Shown here: in pieces, positions 1 to 10,160 of the stretch | How positions within the stretch are numbered: position 1 is the stretch's first letter | How the letters are laid out: each line of letters begins with the position of its first letter | Assembly (NCBI GenBank): GCA_973895155.1 | Contig: OZ316897.1 | Location: 5,717,327-5,781,326, forward strand | Origin: Marsupella aquatica | Taxonomy: Eukaryota > Plantae > Marchantiophyta | Length of the DNA: 64,000 nt | Direction of reading: 5' to 3' | Made by a program: the position numbers and the translations under genes | The notes under the pieces: model-generated | Told to the model about the DNA's origin: nothing | What the model saw: only the letters and a program-made list of their open reading frames with translations | The model's database searches: none

Positions 1-1069
1 GAAAGGGGAGTTCAATCCACACAGGCAACTTGGTGTAAGAATCGCTTCGCACATCAACAGATGGTTCCCAAGGGAATGTATGAACAAATTTTTGGTCCAT
101 AAAAAGTGGAGCGAGTTCCAAGGCCGCGTCTCTGTGTTCTGGGTGCTCAAAGGAAATCATGTAGAAATTTTTCCCAACAAATTTGATTTGAGTGACTGGC
201 CAACTCATATCCCTGATAAAGACCCCTTCTACCCAGTCACAAAAAGCAGGAAGAAGAGGACCGCGGTCAGTGAAGAAACACATCATTGTATAGTTAAAAA
301 GCTCTTTAACCGAGAGTGCTGCTTCCTCGAATGACCACTGGATGGCGGTGTGGAGTTTGTTAGGCCAATCTTTTGTGGAGTTGTTTGCGATAGTCTTGAG
401 GATATCATGGCAAGTCTCATGGGAACCTTCAGAGTGATTGTCACCTCTGCGTGCCTCTGCATTTGTTTGCCATTGCATCGGTAGGTGATCATGTTGGGAT
501 CCCAAATCTTCTCGTTGATCTCTTCCAAACAACTTGTTTGAATGATTGTAATTGCGGATGAGGGGATCGGGATGATTCAAGTCTCCAGCATAGTCAGAGG
601 TCCTCATGCCACAAGGAGAAGAGGCCAGTGTTCGTCCTGCCTATGCCATTGTTTCTTCTTCCATTTGTTCCGTCCACGATGGGCCGTTGCGCAGGATGTA
701 ACGTGAATACTTCTTTGACTGTTCCGGTGGTGCTTTTTCAGCTTGAGCTCTAGAGTTGTCAAATAGATCGTAAGGGGCAGCCTTTGGTCCTCCACGTGCA
801 TCCCGCATAGAGAAGCGATTGGGTTCCTTTTCGAGCCCAGGCCGGGTTAAATCATCTCCATTTCTAACCCAATGTCCAATATCATTCCTCCATGACTCGT
901 TGTGTGAGTCTCGTTCGGATCCGCGACCGGAGGAGGAATTGTAGAATCTACCTGGTCCGCGACCAGCAAAAGAGCAATTCTGCATACCAGAACCGTAGCA
1001 AGAAGAGTTGTCCATTATGCAATGCTTTGCTGGAAAGAATAGAGCCACCGTAAAGTCAAGTGTGCTCAC
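1..1069 (-). pseudogene. L1-type LINE ORF1 (DUF4283/RRM-like), 5' portion; continues off the left edge; GA-rich leader to about 1330
   Basis: Manual minus-strand translation of 1-250 gives ...QIKFVGKNFYMISFEHPEHRDAALELAPLFMDQKFVHTFPWEPSVDV...KLPVWIELPF, typical of plant L1 ORF1. It is in frame with ORF 641..1069 across one stop codon. Confidence 0.8.
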
Positions 1070-1432
1070 AGGGATATTACAAATTGGTAGTGTCCAGGTC
1101 GAGTAGATCCTAACAATGCTTCAAGATCAAAACTTAGTCATCGCCAACTCAAACAGCACTTATAAAGATTCAAAATAAAGCTGTGAGCCAGAGCAATTCC
1201 ATCTTCCCATCGATGAACATTGCAAAATTCTTAAGTGTATCGTAATTTGTGACGAACGATGGAAGCCTTGGTTGAAAGTGAAGAGAAAAGGTTTTGTCCG
1301 CTCTCTCCGCTCTTCCTAGCTCTCTCAGTTCCACCTTTGGTTTTTTCAGATACCTGGAATTTACTACTATGGTAGATCTTGAAAATTACCAAGACTTACA
1401 AAACCAAGTTATTCTTCATATACTCTAATTTC

Positions 1433-3169
1433 CTTACGACACCGGGTAGAGGTTTGTCCCTGCCCTAACCCGACTAGGCACAACGTGGTGAACCCGAAAC
1501 TCTTTGCACCGGGCACATATTTGAATAGGTTGCTGGGCGACTTCTCCCAACAAATTAGTCGGGAAATGGGGGAGTTCATCGCCCACAAGGTGGCTTACTT
1601 CTTCAACCAAGAGCTGGTGGCGGTAGTAAAGGCAGGGCAGGCTCAAGTGGAAGCCACAACCAAGATTGAGTGATATCACGAGGAGGCAACCCAACTATTA
1701 GATAAAGCCTCAACTCAAGAGACCGAGCTGCAACTTCTTTGGCCTCAACTTACGACCGCTCTGGCTCAGGTCACCGATGCCAAAGCCAAGTTAGCCTTGG
1801 CCATACAAGCCGGAGCTAGAAAGGATGTCGAAATCTCACGGCTCCGGGCCCAGATTGACAGCTTGAAAGGACAAGCCGTAATCTGGCAAAAGAACGTAGA
1901 GGAGGCCAACGCTTGGGCCCAAAAGGATACAGCTGAGGTGGACACCTTGAAAGCAAAAGTGGCACGGTTTCTACAAGAAGCCGCTAAATAGGACCAACTG
2001 GTGGCACAACTGACGAGCAACAACCAACAGTTGGAAGAGGTGTGCTAAGATGCCGTGCAAACGCGGTGAAATGAGAGAACGAGTCTCTCCTAGACCAAGT
2101 CCAGATCCTCAAGCAAGACGCCAACCGGTTGAGGAGACAACGAGATGACCGCTCCAAGTCCCACTCGGGCGGGTCTGGCAAACATGCCAAACATTAGTGG
2201 TGTGGCAAGTTTAGGATAGCGTAGGTTTAGCCAAGGAAATTGGACACTACAGACAAATGGCAAAACTAGTCAGCAGCGCTTTCAACCCTAAACCCTAAAC
2301 CCTAAACCCTTTTAGTATAGAATCTTAGTATAGAAACAAGTCATTTTGTGGCCTGGCATTTAGCTGAAATTAGAATAGACTAGATTCAAGCACGTGACTA
2401 TTTCAGGCCATGACTCTTAGTTAGTATTTAGTGCACCCCCGGTAGAGGCAGCGGTGGGGGGGGGACTTTAGGTTTAGAATCGGGTATATGCGGATGTGCG
2501 GGGAGTCCCAACCTTAGTGAATGAAAGAGTACCACAGAGGGAGGGTACGACTAAGCTCTTTGGGCAAGTGCGGAGCCGGGCTCCGTTGTAGTGTATACTT
2601 TCTTGCCATTGGGCCTGTTTATTCTCGAAGAAGTCGAGTCAATTGTGTATGTGTGTATGACAAATTTCTAATTAAAACACTTTCTTCCATCATTTTCTTC
2701 GTGTAAACTGAGATTGTATGTTGTGGAATCTGTTACGCACGCGCATTTTATGTTTGATATGCGGGCAATTTCCTCCTAGGTATTGCCGGACCCAAGAAAT
2801 TGGTCATAAATCTCGTATACGGGTATAGAACGCTTGCCCAAACACATTGTACAAGCTATGCACGATCTGACGGTTGTGGATAGTGATTGCAAGCCCGGGT
2901 TAGATACCCATATCATTGGAGGCGGATAACGCAAAGGCTTAGAAGTCCTTAAGCCTGGGTTGATCCAGGCATTTACTTACGATATGTTCCGGCGGCGGAA
3001 CACAAAACATACTTGTGATGTGTGTAGAATTAGAATCGGATGCGGTTAGCGTCCAGTTACAGGAATAAGTACCGTTCGTACGTCCCTCCTTGCCCGAAAT
3101 CTCAATATTTACAAAGCCTATGGCCGCCTAAGCCAAAATCCGTGTAAGGGCGACTCTTTTGGCGTGACA
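1433..3169 (+). mobile_element. 5'-truncated LTR (copy D) of the ORF-bearing Tat-like LTR family
   Basis: ORFs 1485..1673 and 1797..1991 match the C-terminus of the 863-aa ORF (LNRLLGDFSQQISREMGEFIAHKVAYFFNQELV). The downstream DNA aligns with the reverse complement of 31028-31700 and ends ...GGCGTGACA at 3169. No PBS follows. Confidence 0.85.
2284..2310. repeat. Short plant telomere-type repeat (AAACCCT, about 4 units) inside LTR copy D
   Basis: aaccctaaaccctaaaccctaaaccct. Confidence 0.85.
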
Positions 3170-3182
3170 GTAATAAATGATG

Positions 3183-3306
3183 CACAAACTTTCTAACACC
3201 ACCAAAAAACAAACAAGAAAGGTTCTAGAGTCATGTACCTAATCTCAGGTCACACTGTAACAAAAATCCTAAATGTTTGAGGGTGTCACCTCCTTTGTTG
3301 TCCTCA
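3183..3306 (-). mobile_element. Remnant of a CACTA transposase 5' leader, homologous to about 50507-50627
   Basis: acaaaaatcctaaatgtttgagggtgtcacctcctttgttgtcctca versus acaaaattcctaaatgttggagggtgtcaccacctcctccgctgtcctca; both also share the tgtacct splice-donor site. Confidence 0.7.
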
Positions 3307-3345
3307 CTTGTCCTAAGTTTGCAATGGCCAACCAATCATCTATAC

Positions 3346-3894
3346 TCATAGACACACGTGCCTGGCGTGAGAGCAGTATGAGATATCCTCACGTATAAGT
3401 TCATTTGGATACCCACCCTGTTCTCGATGCCAATCACACTTGAGGTACACGGGGAGGTACACTGGCATGTACATCAGGTCATCAAGGGATATGCCCTGGG
3501 CATACCATGGTGCCAGGGTTTGATGTGTGCCTACAAGAAGTGGTTCTAATCCCCTCCACTGGGGGGAGGTCGCTACCAAGTCCCTCCATTGTGTGCTAAT
3601 TAGTCTATATTTGCAGATGTCTTGTGCGGTTGATCATAGAAGGATTTTGGGCCACACATTTGAGAGCATTACATCATTTGGCAAACCATGCAACAAGGAA
3701 GTCCCCACAACATTATGCTCTTCAATTTCATCTCTTGAAAAATAAGATTCGTCGTCTCTTGCATCCTCAGGCGATGCCAAAATATGTTTCAGCACCAACC
3801 CATGCAGGAGAGTCCAAATAGTGGCCAGCCATGTGGCAACCCGGTGTCATGGGAATATGAAGCTCTCAAAAACACGTCGGATGTTTGGCTGCAT
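3346..3894 (-). pseudogene. F-box-like protein pseudogene (182 codons, 2 premature stops)
   Basis: One frame runs from ATG 3894 to stop 3346: ...GTSLLHGLPNDVMLSNVWPKILL*STAQDICKYRLISTQWRDLVATSPQWRGL..., the F-box pattern LP.D...R.I...WR.LV. A TATAA lies about 25 nt upstream of the ATG. Confidence 0.65.
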
Positions 3895-3930
3895 GTGCTA
3901 ATTATGCTATTCACCACTTATAAGAGACCT

Positions 3931-5428
3931 AGTCATGGAACTTAACTACCTTAAGACTTAGCTTTGACGTCGTTGACTCCGACGCCAAGCTCCCTTATGG
4001 TCCAGGCCCGGATAGGCCATTTGGGGAGGACTTAGCATGGGGAAACTACTGGGCAATGAGACGTGGCACAAGCGAAGGCAAGGAGCCAAGCTGGTGACAC
4101 ACACTAAGGACTTAGGCTAGCTGAGAGCTGGTTGGGTCAAGGGGAAAGGGGCCGGACTCAAGGTCGACCATCCGGCCCCAGACGGACCTTGAGTTCTGAG
4201 GGCTTGAGTGTGAGCTCCTCTTGGGCCCAAGGCCAATGGAGTTGACGCCATGGACAACGGACGCTTGGGGCATGAGTTATGGCCCGATCCGGGTTTGGTC
4301 GATCGGGGACCACGAGCAATGATGAGACCTGGAGGCCTAGGCAGGAGCACTGGGTTGGCCCAATCACAACGGGCTAAGGCACTCCGCTTGCGGACGCCTA
4401 ACGAGAAAGTTATGGGCGTTGTCAATTGGTGGAGCGCCCACTATGCGCGATGGGATCCGGGTTGGAGGCCAAATGTTTAGGGACCAAAGTTGGTCCGGGG
4501 GTGGCAGGTCTCCAGAAGCATATATGAGGGGAGTGGTTTCTCCCTGGGGCCAAGGGCAAGCCAAAGTCGTGAGCCGTGGCGGTCGCAACACTAAGGGAAA
4601 GCGTCAAACGGAAACGACGATATCTTCCTAACGGGATGTCCGTTGGAGGATTTCTTGGATGCATTAGAAATCTCTCAATGAGGGCTACGTCCACTTGAGC
4701 TCAACTGGGTCTAGGGGCGCCATGGGTTCTCGAGGTTTGCGGATATTAGCTCACCCGCTTGCCTAATCCTGCCGAATAGCAGCCAAGCCGTATTTAGTCT
4801 CCCAAGGGAGCTTGCATTGGGGAGGCAAGGCCAAGTAGGCATGGAGGTTGAGTTCCAAGGGTGCTCGGACCCTAGACCATCAGTGGGATGAGAACCGGGA
4901 GTTGGTTGCTAGAGTCGGGGCCAAATGTTCTAGTCCCGCCGTGTTGGGACAAGCTTTAGGACAAGCTTTAGGACAAGCTACATTATTTGGGCAATGAGCA
5001 TGTCCTGGGGTCAGGGCGGTCAGTTGGTGATGGATAGGTACAAGGGGGAACCTGGGCCACGCCCAAGGAAAGAGCTATTCTAGACAAACAGTGGGCGTGG
5101 ATTTTGGTTCTGGCTTATGGCATTGGGAGGACCTATCGCTGACCTATTTACCAATGTCTATTGAGCTTGAGTTAGGATGCTAGACTTGGTGAGTTCTAGA
5201 TCCTAAAGGGTTACTTACTAAGGTGCTTGGTTGCTTGTGTAGACAATGAGGACCGTTAAGTAGCGGTTGTGTTGGAGAGCAAGTGTGGCTTTGTATGGGA
5301 GGGGCCGCGGGTGGTGCAAGGGGCACTAGGTTGCTTGCTTGAAGTATTCCGTTGAGGCGTTTGGGCATGAGGGGCACTTAGGCGTGTATTGGGATTGGTG
5401 AGGGCGCTGGGTGGCAAGGTCTACCACT
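3931..5428 (+). mobile_element. 1498-bp element with AGT...ACT ends, probable solo LTR (copy 1)
   Basis: Flanked by 5-bp TSD GACCT (3926-3930, 5429-5433). Homologous along its length to 11217-12682 and 37423-38916. TATA-like CATATATGA near 4520. Confidence 0.9.
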
Positions 5429-6872
5429 GACCTAATGCTTAGAACCAATTCTTTTGAAAGCCTTGTCCCCTCCCGAGCATTTCTCAAGTTTCTTGGATTC
5501 CCCTATGCCTCTTGCGATTTTCTCCAGATAAATTAGGTGGAAAGAGTGTACCCTTTTCCACAAGGACTCCTAAACACTTTTGGTACCAAGAGATATATGT
5601 GATCTACTCCAATTATTGGCAATAACACCAGAGTAGTTGGGGCCAGACCCACTCTCCACAAATCTCTCCTCCAAGTGATAATTTTCTCTACATGTTTCTT
5701 TCAACTCTTGACTATGATCTCTCATCTATTACACTATTATGAAAACACTCACATCCTCATTTGTGCATCTATAGAGTATTAATGGATCCAACGACACAAT
5801 AATTGCACTGTATCTTTCTTTCCTAAAATTTTGTGTAAGAATTTGCCTAATATCTACTTTCCTCTTTACTATCAACTTAATGTTCATTGTAGAACGCAAA
5901 TCCAAAATTTGCGCACTCTCATTCAAATCAATATTGATATTCATATTTTCCTATATGCTTTCTAACTAAGAGAGGTTCAGTGACAAACCATCCCTACTTG
6001 ATCACAGGTTTGTAGACATTATATCTATGGTATTGGCAACATAGCTGACCTTGCCAGATTCAAAGCTCCATCTTCAAGGTGTTCAAGTGGTGACAATGTA
6101 TTCCATGATCAAGAATTAAGAAACTTAGAACCCTTTCATCATAGAAACCGATGGCATAGCCATTCCGTTTGGGTATAACAACGGTGACAGGAAACAAGTA
6201 ACAAAATTCCTGTTATCAGGTAACTCTTAACTGGTAAAAGGAAAGTCTTATAGTAAAAGTATACTTTTTGGCTAAGTTTGCCAAAAATTAACATCATTTT
6301 CCACCACATCATCAAGTTGAATGTCTTGTGAGTGCCAAACGTGACGCGGTCAGATATAAGCCAAGGGTGTGGTCATAGCTGCAAAGAGGTTCCAAATCGA
6401 GTGTCCATCTGTTCTACATGAATAATGTTGTCATTGAATATCCCTGTTGTTTAGATACAACATCATTTCAGAACAGTCTAGTTCAGAAAGCACAGTTCGG
6501 CCTACGAGAAGGAAAAATAAAATCCATGCAAGGATGGAGTAATTTATGGTGGGACCCACCATAAATCCAGTTATAGGCTAAAACAACCAATCGGTGAAGA
6601 AGGGTTCTGGCATTTGCAATATTGGAGCCGGACAGAGTGTGAAAACTAGCACCAGGCGCTAACAAAGCTTTAACAAGGACAAACGTTTAAGTTAAGGGAC
6701 AACAACATGACAATAACCAGATAAAATTCTAAATTTAACACTATTAATGTTCTAGAACCAGCGCCAGGCGCTAACCAAAAGCAAGAAAAAACCAGTGTTA
6801 TATCCGTTGACTATAGACAAAAACCATAGTATCCATTATGAAAAATGACAGTCTCTAGAATGGCGTGTTACT

Positions 6873-9800
6873 CTACAAACCATTCGCGTTCTGCCTATCC
6901 AGCACGAGTCTGACTTCCACAACTGTGAAAATGGGCTGGCTACACAGGGTAGACTCCTCTACTTGAAACTTGAAGTCATTTATAAACACCCAATACAAAT
7001 GTTTACAAGGCATATATGGCTTGCCGCGAGAATGACAACGAAGAAATCCTCACAGGAACAAGTTGGGAAGATGCAAATTTGGACAAAGTAAGTGTTTGGG
7101 GATCAAAGGTTCTCGTGGGTCCGGATTTTGAATTGCTTCCCAAATGCAATTCCAATACCCACATCCCACTCACCATCCAGAGTCATAGCTTCTTTCCGAG
7201 CCGACTCCATTTGTGTACTGTGAGCCAAAGTTAGATTTGATCAAGGTTTGGAGTTTCTCCCATTCTTGGTCCGAAGGCATACGTTGGGGTTGGCAAAATT
7301 GATTCTTTCAGGAAATGCGTTTACATTAATTCTCAAGTCGAATGGAACAGGTGCATCTTGAGACGTCACAACTGTTTGGACCATCGAGACTTGTGCTTCA
7401 AGGAACTCTACCTTGGTAGGTGACAGGTTGGTCCCTTTCACAATTGGCAAGATATCTGGCACAGGAGGAAGGCGTTCAACACCACGATGCGGATGGCTCT
7501 TGTAGCATGTTTTGTTTGGGCAGAACCATATCATTTTTGCAATGGGTGTGCCTCTGAAAATGCAATGTCTGTTGACAACAATGCCGTCAACACCTGCTGC
7601 CGAATGGAACCCGACTTTTGACATGATTTTGACACTCATCCCTCTCAGAATTTCCGTGCAAAGTCCCATTGCACTGAGGCCCTGCCCCATATTTGGCCGT
7701 CCGCCGCAAATGCCAGGTCCCTCTAGGAACGTCCATTTCCAAAGGAGTTGACTCTGTCGGCAAACATTGAAGAACAATCGGAGCACTGAGTGGGGGTTGT
7801 GATGATGTTGTTGTTCCTCTGGCTTTAGGGGTGTTCGCAAGGGAATCACTTCCATTCGTTGAAGTGTCGCTCCCGCCGAGGCCCACTATGGGATTTGTTA
7901 CATTTTTGGGAAAGGAAGTGAAGGCAGTGTTGTTGAGATTCTTCCGTTTGAACCCTTGAGTATTTGGTGTAGTGATGAGAATGGTGTCATGCCGATGGGA
8001 GTCTTGTGGCGAGACAATCCTAGTTGCAAGTCCCTTCCTCTTAACCAACTTTGTGACAATATCTCCATTTAGAGGAGAGCTCCTATCCAGATCCAAATCA
8101 GCAGCGTTGGAAAGAATCATGTTGGTTGCTTCTTCAAATAACTTGGGTGAACCAGATTGGTCTGCGGATCGGAATGCTAATTCCCAGATAGTTGGCCCCT
8201 TCCCTCTATTGAGTCCCTTCAGATATGCGATGTAACCTGGAACTTGTGATAGAGCTCGATTTTGATCAACTTTGCATGCTTCAAAGAGACCCACCAATTT
8301 TTTTGTAGCCCATGCTTTCATGGAGGCGTGCCTTGACTCTGACCCGGTACAGTTTGGAATGAGCGCACCTTCTTCTGCGCTTTTGCTCTGCAATGAAGCC
8401 CGTCCAGACAAAATTTAGTTCTTTTGTATAAGCAGCGCCAAGCGCTAGCAATGAGTAGGAGATAATAAAACAAGGTTTATCGGTACAAGTTTCATTTTCT
8501 GTAATGTTTGAAGGTTTTCAGAGTGAAAATTAAAGTAGCGCCTGGCGCTAGTATAAACACACTGAGGTTTGACTAATAAATGCATCAGGAAAACTTACCA
8601 CACAAATAAAATTCCCCCACTGACGCCATCGAACAACCCACCAAGATATCCAACTCTACAACATCATGAGCTTTCCTGGGACAGAGTTTCCCGCTTGCCA
8701 CCACAACACGATCTCCCTTGAAACTCGATACGCCGCAACGAACGTTGGAGCATTCCGCAGTTTCTCCCATAGTTGTCGATGTTTTGGTTGCTTACCCTCC
8801 AAAACTCCTTCTGTAGAATGTCAATGGAAAGACTGGTAAAAGTGAAATGCATCAGAGCGTTCACGTTCAGGGTCTGGGTGCCCTCCAAAAAAGACATTGC
8901 GAATGACGATCCATCCAGCCTGAGCATTGTCAGCCATAAAACCTTGAATGACAACGTCCTATAACCCATTTTCCTTACAAACCTCAATCATAATTCTCCA
9001 CAAAGGACTCCGTGTCTTCAGCTTTTAGTTTGCATGTGAAGATTGTATAGAGAGCTCAGAAGTTGTGATCGTAAACATGTGCATTGAAAGTAAACCAGTC
9101 GGTTGTCACTCGCTTCATCACATCAAAACTCACCCAAGCTCCTTCCAATCTTTTGTCGGGTTGCATCTGCCGGAGAAGATCTACACCAGATCCATGACCC
9201 TTGACTGTCATTTTGAATATATGGGGCCTATCTGCTACACAACCCTGACCCGGCAGTAGATACCTTTGGAGGAAAGAAATGTTATTTGACCTTTGCATCC
9301 GAGCTAGGAAATCTAACTCACCACGACCAGCCTGGTCCATTTGAACGCTTTGACAAAGCAATGCAAATTTCTGGGGGGTAGACAGTACCATGAGAGACTT
9401 CCAAATCTCCGTTTCTTCAATATCTACTATGTCGTCGACGTTTTTGCAAAGAGCTTTCACGAGCAAACCGGTTGCGGAATTTAAAATACCAACCGGCTTT
9501 GCTAGAGGATTGGCTTCATGATTTTTTCTTATCAAATCTTGAGCTATCTTCTCAGCGCTCCTCGAGAAAACTTTCCTACTCGGATGGTTATGCTCATCTA
9601 TATGAACTGCAAGCCGAGACATGTGACTACAGGTCTCTGTATCAAGAAGGACTTGAGGGTACAAATAAAACAAGCGAGCAGGGCAAGACTTCACACAGAA
9701 AGGAATCTGCTCAATAGTGACAGACTACACCACCCTCTTCAATCAACGAACCCACCACGTGCTGGCCATTGAGTTTAGGAGCACCATGCAGGCCTTTGCA

Positions 9801-10160
9801 TTGCATCTCTTCTTTTGCTGAAAGTACTCACAGGACTTGTTCTTGCACTTGCGCGATGAACCCAATACACGTAACCTTACCAAATTCCCAATGTTTCTTT
9901 GGATGCACGTTCGTAGTTGTTGGAAAACTTCAGGTCCAAATGTAACAATCTTTGGCACGGTCCATGTCACGAAGTCTAGATCCCTTGGAGAGCATTCCCT
10001 CAATGGGAGGCAGTTCAAATACAACATTTCCATTATACTTGTCTGGCAAACAAGGAACTTGCTCATGCCGGAAGTCCCCTGATGAGATAAATCTTGACAG
10101 TTCACTATGTCCCATGGCCTTGAGTAAGGCGTCCATTGCACTCCTTTGGTAGAATTTAAC
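6873..10160 (-). pseudogene. Mutator/MULE transposase pseudogene (GCM/WRKY-like zinc finger, DDE core, C-terminal SWIM)
   Basis: CPARLFYLYP...VHIDEHNHP (GCM-type finger); VSFDVMKRV (first D); GFMADNAQAGW...ERERSDAFHF (second D plus DxxH); NCTGSESRHASMK (E); PTCSCEDF...PCKHLYWVF (SWIM). Has stops, frameshifts and a probable intron at about 8412-8584. The 5' end is lost at a junction with gypsy RNase H near 10160. Confidence 0.85.

Noticed and set aside
2284-2310. Telomere repeat as a chromosome-healing site
   Set aside because: Only about 4 units, embedded in colinear LTR sequence; more likely telo-box-like or simple-repeat expansion.
4117-5377. Many short ORFs in the 1.5-kb AGT element and its copies
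   Set aside because: They overlap on both strands in GC-rich DNA, have no domains, and their ends differ between copies.
5434-6480. Possible coding remnant or MULE terminus
   Set aside because: No recognisable motif, TIR or TSD could be established by eye.
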